From assembly GCA_045591385.1 (NCBI GenBank), contig JAZNSU010000100.1, forward strand, positions 1-33,939: DNA of 33,939 bases, in the 5' to 3' direction. The notes beneath the pieces are model-generated. The model was given only the letters and a program-made list of their open reading frames with translations, ran no database searches and was not told the DNA's origin. The translations under genes and the position numbers were made by a program. Shown here in pieces: positions 1 through 7,555 of this stretch (the first letter of the stretch is position 1; the number at the start of each line of letters is the position of its first letter). Source of the stretch: Eubacteriales bacterium. Lineage in GTDB: Bacteria > Bacillota > Clostridia > Oscillospirales > UMGS1783.

Positions 1-16
1 CGCACTAAGTTTTGCG

Positions 17-48
17 AAAAAAATAAAGACACCCAAACGGGTGTCTTT
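17..48 (-). terminator. Rho-independent terminator downstream of tRNA-Ala
   Basis: Perfect 10-bp stem AAAGACACCC (25-34) / GGGTGTCTTT (39-48) with a 4-nt loop. On the minus strand the hairpin is followed by a T7 run (A17-A23 on plus). Confidence 0.75.
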
Positions 49-55
49 ATTTGTT

Positions 56-131
56 TGGTGGAGCATAGCGGACTCGAACCGCTGACATCCACACTGCCAG
101 TGTGGCACTCTACCAACTGAGCTAATGCCCC
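56..131 (-). tRNA. tRNA-Ala, anticodon GGC, CCA encoded
   Basis: The reverse complement, GGGGCATTAGCTCAGTTGGTAGAGTGCCACACTGGCAGTGTGGATGTCAGCGGTTCGAGTCCGCTATGCTCCACCA (76 nt), folds as a cloverleaf. Acceptor GGGGCAT/ATGCTCC contains the G3:U70 alanine identity pair. Anticodon stem CCACA/TGTGG, loop CTGGCAG (anticodon GGC), T-loop GGTTCGAGTCC. Confidence 0.95.
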
Positions 132-143
132 AAACGCTCAATT

Positions 144-172
144 AGTCTACCATAATTTTTTGTAATATGCAA
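144..172 (-). promoter_or_regulatory. Candidate sigma-A promoter for tRNA-Ala
   Basis: Minus strand reads TTGCAT (167-172), a 17-nt spacer, then TGgTAGACT (extended -10; -10 hexamer 144-149). It ends ~12 nt upstream of the mature tRNA 5' end. The hexamers are weak. Confidence 0.35.
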
Positions 173-189
173 GGGCTTTTTAAAAAAAA

Positions 190-1173
190 TTATATTTTTT
201 TCAAAAAGGCGTGAAAGGCTTTAGGAATGGCGTACTGCTCCTGTATCGTTTTGGCATCCGCCCACGTATACCGCTCGTCTTTTTCGCTCTCAATACGGTA
301 GCCGATCATATGCCATTCGACGTGACTGAAAATGTGCTTGGCTTTACCCAGATACTCGCCCTGTGCCGATTTGTGACCCAGTTCGTTGGGAAATTGCCAC
401 ATACCCGACAACAGTCCCTCTCCCCTACGCTCGATGGCGTACAATCCGTTATGGTGCAACAGATACACCGTGCGTTCCTCCACCCGCCGTTCCTTTTTCG
501 GGCTGCGGATGGGGTACTGCTCGGTCGACTGCTTCGCGTAGGCTTTGCAATACTCTCGTATGGGACAGGCTTCACAGCGGGGGCGGCCGTTGGGAATACA
601 GACCCGCTCGCCCAGTTCCATCAGCCCTTCGGTAAGCAGACGGGCATCCTCGCCTGTGGGATAACACGCTCGCAGGCGGGCGATGGCCGCTTTTTTGGTT
701 TTCTGCAATAAGATATCGGATTTATCGGCGTACAATCGGGATAGGACGCGCAGGACATTGCCGTCGACGGCGGGTTCGGGCAGACCGTAGGCAATGGAAG
801 CGATGGCGCCTGCGGTATAGTCGCCGATTCCTGCCAGTTTGCGCAGTTTTTCAGCATCGGCGGGCAGTTTCCCGCCGTGCTCGTTCATAACGGTCATAGC
901 CGCTTTTTTGAGGTTGCGGGCGCGGCTGTAATAGCCCAGCCCCTCCCACAGTTTGAGCAGGCGGTCTTCTTCTACCTCGGCTAAGGCCTTGATATCGGGC
1001 AGTTCTTTCATAAACCGCTCATAATAGGGGATGACCGCTTCGATGCGGGTTTGCTGGAGCATGATCTCGGAGATCCACACCCGATAGGCGTCTTGATTCT
1101 CCCGCCAAGGCATCGGTATACGATTCTCCTTATGCCACGCAATAAGAGGCGCAATCCATTTTTCTTCCCTCAT
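190..1173 (-). CDS. mutY: A/G-specific adenine DNA glycosylase MutY
   Basis: HhH-GPD region (ISEIMLQQTRIEAVIPYYERF, LAGIGDYTAGAIASIAYG, VDGNVLRVLSRL), Fe-S loop CIPNGRPRCEACPIREYC and a C-terminal NUDIX-like domain. Start set at ATG 1173-1171 (MREEKWIAPL), which overlaps the TGA of the upstream gene (TGATG), rather than at the ORF-track start 1239. Confidence 0.9.
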   Translation of the reverse strand: MREEKWIAPLIAWHKENRIPMPWRENQDAYRVWISEIMLQQTRIEAVIPYYERFMKELPDIKALAEVEEDRLLKLWEGLGYYSRARNLKKAAMTVMNEHGGKLPADAEKLRKLAGIGDYTAGAIASIAYGLPEPAVDGNVLRVLSRLYADKSDILLQKTKKAAIARLRACYPTGEDARLLTEGLMELGERVCIPNGRPRCEACPIREYCKAYAKQSTEQYPIRSPKKERRVEERTVYLLHHNGLYAIERRGEGLLSGMWQFPNELGHKSAQGEYLGKAKHIFSHVEWHMIGYRIESEKDERYTWADAKTIQEQYAIPKAFHAFLKKI

Positions 1174-1721
1174 CACCGTTTTTCCACCAAAAAGAAGAAG
1201 GGGGATGTGGGAGAATTGACCAGCCGTACCTGCGTGCAACTCATCTGTCGGCGGTCGTACTCGGATAATAATTGAGTGACCTCGATGCCCTCGGCGGTGC
1301 CTTCGGCGTGCCCCGGATAGACGGCAATCAGCAAACCGCCGCCCGCCTCCAACAACTCAATGGCGGCGCGGATGGCGGGGAGTGTCGTTTCCCGCATGGT
1401 GGTAATGCTACGGTCGCCGCCGGGGAGATAGCCGAGATTAAACAATCCTGCACATATCGGTTCTTTGACGTAAGTTTTGACGTTGCTATGGGAATCTTTT
1501 ATCAAGGTGACGTTGGTGCGGTCATGCTCAGCCAAGCGAGCGGCGGTACTGTCGAGCGCCGCTTGCTGAATGTCGAAGGCGTAGACCTTGCCGGCATCGC
1601 CCACCATTTGGGAAAGCCAGAGGGTGTCGTGACCGTTGCCCATGGTAAAATCGACGACGGTACCGCCCGCATGGATATGGGGGGTTATGAGATATTTTTG
1701 GGTATTGAGCAGGTCGATCAT
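1173..1721 (-). CDS. mnmM: SAM-dependent methyltransferase of the YtqB/MnmM family (tRNA mnm5s2U34 methyltransferase)
   Basis: Motifs VVDFTMGNGHDTLWL, VYAFDIQ and FNLGYLPGGDRSITT line up closely with B. subtilis YtqB. SD GGAGGA lies upstream of ATG 1721. Confidence 0.8.
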   Translation of the reverse strand: MIDLLNTQKYLITPHIHAGGTVVDFTMGNGHDTLWLSQMVGDAGKVYAFDIQQAALDSTAARLAEHDRTNVTLIKDSHSNVKTYVKEPICAGLFNLGYLPGGDRSITTMRETTLPAIRAAIELLEAGGGLLIAVYPGHAEGTAEGIEVTQLLSEYDRRQMSCTQVRLVNSPTSPFFFLVEKR

Positions 1722-1752
1722 GCGACTGTCCTCCGTTTGTATTTGGGGTATC

Positions 1753-2430
1753 TTATTCTTCTTTGTCCTCGTCGGGGGTTTTGCCGAACAGGCCGCAGAT
1801 CCAGTAATAGAGCGGGATGGTCAGGAATACCCACCAAGACGGGTGCCAGATATGGTGAAACAGACCGACGTACAGATAGAACATGGCAACCAATACGGGA
1901 TAGGCGAAGTTGGCGGGGTTTTTGCGGGCGATGGCGGACACGAGAGTATAATACATCGGAATGGTAAGCAGTACCAGCCAGCCGGCCGCCCAGCCGCCGC
2001 AGATCTGCATCAGCCCGAACACCAGATAGGCGGCGATGGCAAAGACGGGAAAGGGAAAGGCGTACCACCATGCGATAGGACCGTCCTTGCGGGAATCGTG
2101 ATAGACCGTGCCGTCGGCCTGCACATAGACGCCCTGTTTCCCGACATGGACATGGGTGCCATGCTTGGGATCGTCGACATAGATGCCGCCCTCAAAACGG
2201 ACGGTGCGCTCCTGCGACTGGGCTTGGGCACCGCCTTTGATCAATTCGTCCAAGGTGATGCCGTACAGGTCGGCAAGCGCAATCAGATTATCGGTGTCAG
2301 GCGAGGCCTCGCCGCGCTCCCATTTGGATACCGCCTGACGAGACACGCCCAGACGGTCAGCCAATTCTTCTTGTGAGTATCCGCTCTGTTTGCGGTAGTC
2401 ATACAGGCGTTGAGCCATTTCTTGTGTCAT
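1753..2430 (-). CDS. XRE-family helix-turn-helix regulator with C-terminal multi-TM domain
   Basis: N-terminal HTH_3 (YRKQSGYSQEELADRLGVSRQAVSKWERGEASPDTDNLIALADLYGITLDEL). The C-terminal half has about four hydrophobic helices. Start moved to ATG 2430 (MTQEMAQRLY), preceded by AAAGGAG. Confidence 0.8.
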   Translation of the reverse strand: MTQEMAQRLYDYRKQSGYSQEELADRLGVSRQAVSKWERGEASPDTDNLIALADLYGITLDELIKGGAQAQSQERTVRFEGGIYVDDPKHGTHVHVGKQGVYVQADGTVYHDSRKDGPIAWWYAFPFPVFAIAAYLVFGLMQICGGWAAGWLVLLTIPMYYTLVSAIARKNPANFAYPVLVAMFYLYVGLFHHIWHPSWWVFLTIPLYYWICGLFGKTPDEDKEE

Positions 2431-2520
2431 ATTCTTCACTCCTTTGCCATCAGCATAGCGCACTTTCCCCAAAAAAGCCACCGCTTTTGGGTTGCAATTC
2501 TCGCCGCAACCGTAGGTTGC

Positions 2521-2742
2521 TTACGATTTAAATCCGTTGTTGCTGTGCGGAGTTAATTTTTTCTTGTTGCCCTTTTCGTCGACGATATAGACCTGATCGA
2601 GGGTGTTCATCATGCCCTGACGAAACGCGGCGATATACTGGGCGCGCAGAGTGGCTTGCTCGGCTTTTTCGGCCTCGGTCAGCCCCTCGGCCTTCGATTT
2701 GCGGGACAGTTCATTGATGCGTTTGATTAAAGTATCGTCCAT
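2521..2742 (-). CDS. DUF896 (UPF0291, YnzC-like) small protein
   Basis: IKRINELSRKSKAEGLTEAEKAEQATLRAQYIAAFRQGMMNTL resembles B. subtilis YnzC. SD AAGGAG lies upstream. Confidence 0.8.
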   Translation of the reverse strand: MDDTLIKRINELSRKSKAEGLTEAEKAEQATLRAQYIAAFRQGMMNTLDQVYIVDEKGNKKKLTPHSNNGFKS

Positions 2743-2760
2743 AATGACTCCTTGGAATGA

Positions 2761-2783
2761 AAAACCACCCCTTGGGTGGTTTT
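2761..2783 (-). terminator. Rho-independent terminator after the phosphatase-like gene
   Basis: AAAACCACCC (2761-2770) / GGGTGGTTTT (2774-2783) hairpin sits 6 nt after the stop codon at 2789. On the minus strand the stem runs into a T5 run. Confidence 0.7.
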
Positions 2784-2788
2784 TCCTA

Positions 2789-3961
2789 TTATTCGGGTTG
2801 AGTTAAAAGGATTTCGCGGATGGCTTGCATATCCGCCGCAGAGACGCCGGCGTCTTTCAAATAGGTTTCGGCTTTTTCCTGCGGGGTTGAGCCGGCCAGT
2901 TTATTAAACTGTTCGACAAAGGCGTTCATATCGGTATTATGCAGACCGCCGTGGCAGAGGATCGACATACGGTAATCGCGCATCAGGTCTTCCTCACCAA
3001 CGCCGAGCAGGGCTTCTAAGATATAGCAGACGGTGCCCGTTTGATCCATGCCATAGGTATCGTGCAGATAGATCGGATAGGCGTTCTCGTCGGCCAACTT
3101 CTCAAAGACACGGGCAATGGCCGCCTTGCCGCTCTCCTTAAAGGCATTGCTGTACGAGGGGGCGTGGATGGCTACGCGTTTGGCCACGTCGCCCAGTGCG
3201 CCGGTGCCGGCGGGGACATCACGCAGATCCAGTTCGGTACGGACTTTTAGGATATGTAGCATATGGTCGATACCCGTTTGGGTGATCTTATATTCTTCTT
3301 TGACCGCGCCGTCCATTTCTCCGCCGCGATAGAGCAGACCCTGCCCGATCACCTGACCGTCAACCGTTTTCCAGCCGCCGATATCCCTTACATTGGGCAC
3401 GCCCTCGATCGAGAGGATACGGGGAGTGTCGGCCGTCTTAAAGGAGCCGTGGGTGCCGGTGACGACGCCGTTGGACAGTTCAATGGTAATACGGAAGAAG
3501 TACTTGGTATTCACCTTAAGCAGGGGCACTTCAGAGCTGCAGAGAGTGCCTTCCAAATTGAAGCGGCGGGGATTGGTAAACGCCTCATCCTCCGACACTT
3601 CCAGTTTGCCTGCCGTTACCTGCGTATTGGACGGCATACCCTTGATTTCATAAGAGATGGTGACGGGCAAACCGACATCCAGACGATCCACATTATACCG
3701 ATACTCGTTCTTGATCGACTGCAAGGTAACCGAGCCGTTTTTCTCAATATAATCAATTGCAGGCTGTAAAATCAGCGGCTGATCCTCAGTAAAGATGGAA
3801 TATTCGATACGCAGGGACGAATCCAGCGAATGAATATCGGCAATCGGTTCGCCCTCGCCTTGGTGGTAGGTGTCGACCAGCTTAGCCAGCCCAAACACAG
3901 CCACCATCGCCAGCACCATGGCAATGACTCGCAGATAGGTTTTCCGGTGAATCCTTTTCAT
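2789..3961 (-). CDS. Membrane-anchored, extracytoplasmic tyrosine-phosphatase-like (Y_phosphatase3-type) protein with substituted active site; probable pseudophosphatase
   Basis: N-terminal TM (YLRVIAMVLAMVAVFGLAKL), a ~150-aa beta-rich domain, then PTP-like hallmarks NVRDIGGW, LLYRGG and ELDLRD. The P-loop reads H300-D-T-Y-G-M-D-Q307-T-G where the family consensus is HCxxGxDRTG. Confidence 0.7.
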   Translation of the reverse strand: MKRIHRKTYLRVIAMVLAMVAVFGLAKLVDTYHQGEGEPIADIHSLDSSLRIEYSIFTEDQPLILQPAIDYIEKNGSVTLQSIKNEYRYNVDRLDVGLPVTISYEIKGMPSNTQVTAGKLEVSEDEAFTNPRRFNLEGTLCSSEVPLLKVNTKYFFRITIELSNGVVTGTHGSFKTADTPRILSIEGVPNVRDIGGWKTVDGQVIGQGLLYRGGEMDGAVKEEYKITQTGIDHMLHILKVRTELDLRDVPAGTGALGDVAKRVAIHAPSYSNAFKESGKAAIARVFEKLADENAYPIYLHDTYGMDQTGTVCYILEALLGVGEEDLMRDYRMSILCHGGLHNTDMNAFVEQFNKLAGSTPQEKAETYLKDAGVSAADMQAIREILLTQPE

Positions 3962-3994
3962 GAATTAAAACCCTTTCTTTACGGTTTCAATGAT

Positions 3995-4023
3995 AGTATA
4001 ACATAAATTTCGCACAATAGCAA
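3995..4023 (-). promoter_or_regulatory. Candidate sigma-A promoter for the phosphatase-like gene
   Basis: Minus strand reads TTGCTA (4018-4023), a 17-nt spacer, then TGtTATACT (extended -10; -10 hexamer 3995-4000), 34 nt upstream of ATG 3961. Confidence 0.45.
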
Positions 4024-5202
4024 TCACAAATCCAGACGGGAGAAGATAACCTTGATTTCTTGCATTTGGCTTTCGGGGATGGATTTGGTATGCGACAGTT
4101 CGGTAACGGCGCTGCTCAGTTTTCCGCCAAAGAGCATACGATACCAGCGACCGATCCAGCAGAACGGGAGCAGAATGGGGGCTTTTTTGAGCACGGGGTA
4201 CAGGCTTTTCATGCTGTCCAGCGGCAGGAACAGGCGACCGAGTGCATAGCCAAAAGTATTATTCGCCTTCGTTTTCTTAACGGCCATTTGGTTTTTGGCA
4301 CTGCCATAGACGCCGCCCGACAAAACATACTCAAGCACTGTATCCGAAAACCCGTCGGTTTGCCCTTCGGTAAAGCATTGCTCGGTAATACGGCTCATTT
4401 CCTGTGCAAACCGATAAATGCCCGCCTTTTTGAGCAGGGTTTCGGCTTGGGTATAGGACAGGCTCATATTATGATTCATAATCCAAAGATCCATCAGCGA
4501 GCGGATGCCGCATCCACCGCGGATAAAGTGATAGGCCATATGGGCAAACATATGAAAGACAAAAAATTCGTCGGTAAAGGCGTATTGATGTTTCTTCTCG
4601 GTGGGCTTGACATACTGCCAGACCTTTTTGAGAATGGCATCGAGATTTTTATGGTTTTCCTGAATATTGAAATGCAGTTCCAAATGGTAGCCGTTGGGGG
4701 CGAACAGCGACACATCGTGATAATGGCGTTCCCCACAGCGAAAACCGCTTTTCTCCAGTTGTTTGACGGCACGATCCAGATCTTCTTCATGAATCAGGAT
4801 ATCGATATCGCAACTGGTTCTCATGCTATCCACGGGATAGAAGTTACGAAGAATTGCGCCTTTGAGAGGAACATAGTCGATCCCCGCTTGCTCACATGCC
4901 GCATAGATCTGGGCTTGGGCGTATTTCATTTGCTCACTACGGCAGACCGATGCGTAGTGCTGTTGCTGCAAACGCTGGCGCAACCCCTCCTCCACCTCGA
5001 TCCGATTCTGATAGAGGGTCTCGGAGATGACATGCGACAGGTCGTGCTTTTTTGCCAGTCGATACAGGGGGTCGAGCGCCTCTTTGGTCAGGCACTGTAC
5101 CGTAGCGGGGGTTAATGGTTCTCCATTTAGTGCCGCGCGCAAAAGGGTGAGCAATATCGGTTGTATCTCTTTTCCATCCATGGTTCTACTTATTTTCTCC
5201 AC
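4024..5202 (-). CDS. Uncharacterised nucleotidyltransferase (NTP_transf_5 / PF14907-like)
   Basis: Pol-beta-type NTase signature LKGAILRNFYP...RTSCDIDILIHEEDLDRAVKQLEKSGF...YHLELH. The start overlaps the end of fnlC by 13 nt. Confidence 0.65.
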   Translation of the reverse strand: MEKISRTMDGKEIQPILLTLLRAALNGEPLTPATVQCLTKEALDPLYRLAKKHDLSHVISETLYQNRIEVEEGLRQRLQQQHYASVCRSEQMKYAQAQIYAACEQAGIDYVPLKGAILRNFYPVDSMRTSCDIDILIHEEDLDRAVKQLEKSGFRCGERHYHDVSLFAPNGYHLELHFNIQENHKNLDAILKKVWQYVKPTEKKHQYAFTDEFFVFHMFAHMAYHFIRGGCGIRSLMDLWIMNHNMSLSYTQAETLLKKAGIYRFAQEMSRITEQCFTEGQTDGFSDTVLEYVLSGGVYGSAKNQMAVKKTKANNTFGYALGRLFLPLDSMKSLYPVLKKAPILLPFCWIGRWYRMLFGGKLSSAVTELSHTKSIPESQMQEIKVIFSRLDL

Positions 5203-6356
5203 ACCATTTTATTGACCACGCCGGTATACGACTGGATAATTTTGACCACTTTGGTGCTCACATTTTCCTCGATATAATCAGGAACGGGGATGCCGAGATC
5301 GCCGTTTTTATTCATCTCCACCGCGGTATCTACCGATTGCAAAAGCCCGTTTTCGTCAATACCCGAAAGGATAAAGCAGGCCTTATCCAATGCCTCGGGT
5401 CTCTCGGTGGAGGTACGAATGCAGATGGCAGGGAACGGATGTCCCACGCTGGTGAAGAAACTGCTTTCCTCGGGCAACGTGCCGCTGTCGGAAACCACCG
5501 CAAAGGCATTCATCTGTAAACAATTATAATCATGGAAGCCCAGAGGCTCGTGGCGGATGACCCGCTTGTCCAGCACAAAGCCGCTCTTTTCCAAACGGTT
5601 GCGGCTTCGGGGATGGCAGGAGTACAAAATCGGCATATCATACTTCTCAGCCATTTTATTGATGGCACCGAATAAACTCTTAAAATTCTTCTCGGTGTCA
5701 ATATTCTCCTCACGATGAGCCGAGAGCAGAATGTATTTTCCCTTTTCCAGCCCCAACCGTGCGTGGATATCACTTGCCTCTATTTCCGCAAGGTTGTTAT
5801 GAAGTACCTCGGCCATTGGCGAACCTGTCACATAGGTGCGCTCCTTGGGAAGACCGCAATCAGCCAAATATCTTCTGGCGTGTTCCGAGTAGGCCATATT
5901 TACATCCGAAATAATATCAACAATTCGTCGGTTGGTTTCCTCGGGCAGACATTCATCCTTGCAACGGTTACCCGCTTCCATGTGGAAGATGGGAATATGC
6001 AAACGCTTTGCCCCAATGACAGACAGGCAGGAGTTGGTATCACCCAATACCAGCACCGCATCGGGCTTGATCTCGGACATCAGTTTATAAGATTTTGCGA
6101 TAATATTCCCGCAAGTTTCACCCAAATCCTCTCCGACCGCATCCAAATACACCTCAGGATCGGCCAGTTTGAGATCCTTAAAGAACACCCCGTTGAGGTT
6201 GTAATCATAGTTTTGCCCCGTATGAGCAAGAATCGTATCAAAATAGGTACGACACTTGTTAATCACCGCCGCAAGCCGAATGATCTCCGGGCGTGTGCCT
6301 ACGATAATCAACAATTTTAGTTTGCCGTTCTCTTGCCATTTTACCTTTTCAAACAT
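5190..6356 (-). CDS. fnlC: UDP-N-acetylglucosamine 2-epimerase (non-hydrolysing), FnlC/Cap5G type
   Basis: Near-colinear with S. aureus Cap5G (IVGTRPEIIRL, HTGQNYDY, GDTNSCLS, FHMEAGNRC, SAHREENID, VVKIIQSY). ATG overlaps the fnlB stop (TAATG). Confidence 0.9.
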   Translation of the reverse strand: MFEKVKWQENGKLKLLIIVGTRPEIIRLAAVINKCRTYFDTILAHTGQNYDYNLNGVFFKDLKLADPEVYLDAVGEDLGETCGNIIAKSYKLMSEIKPDAVLVLGDTNSCLSVIGAKRLHIPIFHMEAGNRCKDECLPEETNRRIVDIISDVNMAYSEHARRYLADCGLPKERTYVTGSPMAEVLHNNLAEIEASDIHARLGLEKGKYILLSAHREENIDTEKNFKSLFGAINKMAEKYDMPILYSCHPRSRNRLEKSGFVLDKRVIRHEPLGFHDYNCLQMNAFAVVSDSGTLPEESSFFTSVGHPFPAICIRTSTERPEALDKACFILSGIDENGLLQSVDTAVEMNKNGDLGIPVPDYIEENVSTKVVKIIQSYTGVVNKMVWRK

Positions 6357-7555
6357 TATTCTACCACCTCAAAAAATGTGTCGGGTTTATTCGGGTCGAA
6401 CTGTTCATTGGCCCACATTACTGTTACCAGATTTTCTGTATTGCTCAAATTGATAATATTGTGCGTGTAGCCGGGCAGCATATGTACCGCCTCAATCTTC
6501 TCGCCGCTGACCTCGAAGTTGAGCACTTCGTCGGTACCGATCTTGCGTTGCTGGATCAGCCCCTTGCCGCTGACGACAATGAAGAATTCCCATTTGGTAT
6601 TGTGCCAATGCTGGCCTTTTGTAATGCCGGGCTTAGAGATGTTCACGCTAATCTGTCCACACTTGTCTGTTTTCAAAAGTTCCGTAAATGAACCACGAGC
6701 ATCACAATTCATCTTCAGTGTAAAGGACGCCTTTCCTTTTGGCAGATAGGACAAATAGGTGCTGTATAATTTCTTGGCAAAACTGCCTGACGGAATTTCG
6801 GGCATCACAAGCGTTTGCGGCTGCTCGGCAAAGGTGTAGAGCCAATCTACAATCTCGCCAAGCGTAACCTTGTGAGTCGTCGGTGCCGCACAATATTTGC
6901 CGTCTTCGCAAAGAACCGTATCCACACCGGCAAAGGTGCATCGATGCTCCCTGCCCTCCAAGGCGACGATCATCTCGTCCACCAAATCGTCAATGTACAA
7001 CAATTCCAACTGTACGCTTCTATCGTTCACCTGTATCGGCAGGTCGTTAGCGATATTATGGCAGAAGGTGGCCACGGCCGAGTTATAATTAGGGCGACAC
7101 CATTTGCCGAACAAGTTAGGAAAACGGTAAACCAGTACCTTGGCGCCCGTTTGCTCACCATAGGCAAACAGCAGATCCTCCCCTGCCTTTTTACTGCGGC
7201 CGTACTCGCCGTCGTAGCGGCCGATGCAGGTGGCCTGAATGGAAGAGGACATCATGACGGGGCAAGCGTTATTATATTTTTTAAGGGTATCCAGCAGGGT
7301 GGAGGCAAAGCCGAAATTGCCCTGCATGAATTCTTCCGGTGATTGGGGACGGTTGACACCGGCAAGGTGAAACACGAAGTCTGCCTTAGCACAATATTCG
7401 TCGAGCCATTTAGGCGCCGTGTCCATGTCATATTCAAAAATCTCCCCTATCGCAAGGGCGGGGTGTGTTTTGTCCTTGCCGTCACGGATATTTTTCAGCG
7501 CTTCACAGAGGTTTTTTCCCACAAAACCTTTGGCTCCGGTTACCAGTATGTTCAT
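6356..7555 (-). CDS. fnlB: UDP-L-FucNAc pathway reductase/epimerase, FnlB/Cap5F type (SDR plus C-terminal cupin)
   Basis: MNILVTGAKGFVGKNL, NLFGKWCRPNYNSAVATFCHNIA, LYSTYLSYLP, VNISKPGITKGQHWHNTK and MWANEQFDPNKPDTFF match Cap5F. ATGA overlap with the fnlA stop. Confidence 0.9.
   Translation of the reverse strand: MNILVTGAKGFVGKNLCEALKNIRDGKDKTHPALAIGEIFEYDMDTAPKWLDEYCAKADFVFHLAGVNRPQSPEEFMQGNFGFASTLLDTLKKYNNACPVMMSSSIQATCIGRYDGEYGRSKKAGEDLLFAYGEQTGAKVLVYRFPNLFGKWCRPNYNSAVATFCHNIANDLPIQVNDRSVQLELLYIDDLVDEMIVALEGREHRCTFAGVDTVLCEDGKYCAAPTTHKVTLGEIVDWLYTFAEQPQTLVMPEIPSGSFAKKLYSTYLSYLPKGKASFTLKMNCDARGSFTELLKTDKCGQISVNISKPGITKGQHWHNTKWEFFIVVSGKGLIQQRKIGTDEVLNFEVSGEKIEAVHMLPGYTHNIINLSNTENLVTVMWANEQFDPNKPDTFFEVVE

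Noticed and set aside
56-131. tRNA-Ala as an integration site of a genomic island
   Set aside because: I found no direct repeat of the tRNA 3' end elsewhere in the window and no integrase. The compositionally foreign DNA starts ~8.5 kb away, after clearly native genes.
1174-1239. 22-codon N-terminal extension of mutY
   Set aside because: It overlaps the 3' end of mnmM. The internal ATG at 1173 gives the conserved MutY N-terminus and a TGATG stop/start overlap.
1272-2376. Two long plus-strand ORFs (1272-1967 and 1636-2376)
   Set aside because: Both are antisense shadows of mnmM and the XRE regulator. They overlap each other in different frames, are Arg/Gly-rich and have no motifs.
4060-5115. 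351-aa plus-strand ORF
   Set aside because: It lies entirely antisense to the well-supported nucleotidyltransferase gene. Its sequence is low-complexity and Gly/Ala/Leu/Arg-rich with no recognisable motif or SD. Long stop-free antisense frames are expected in GC-richer coding DNA.
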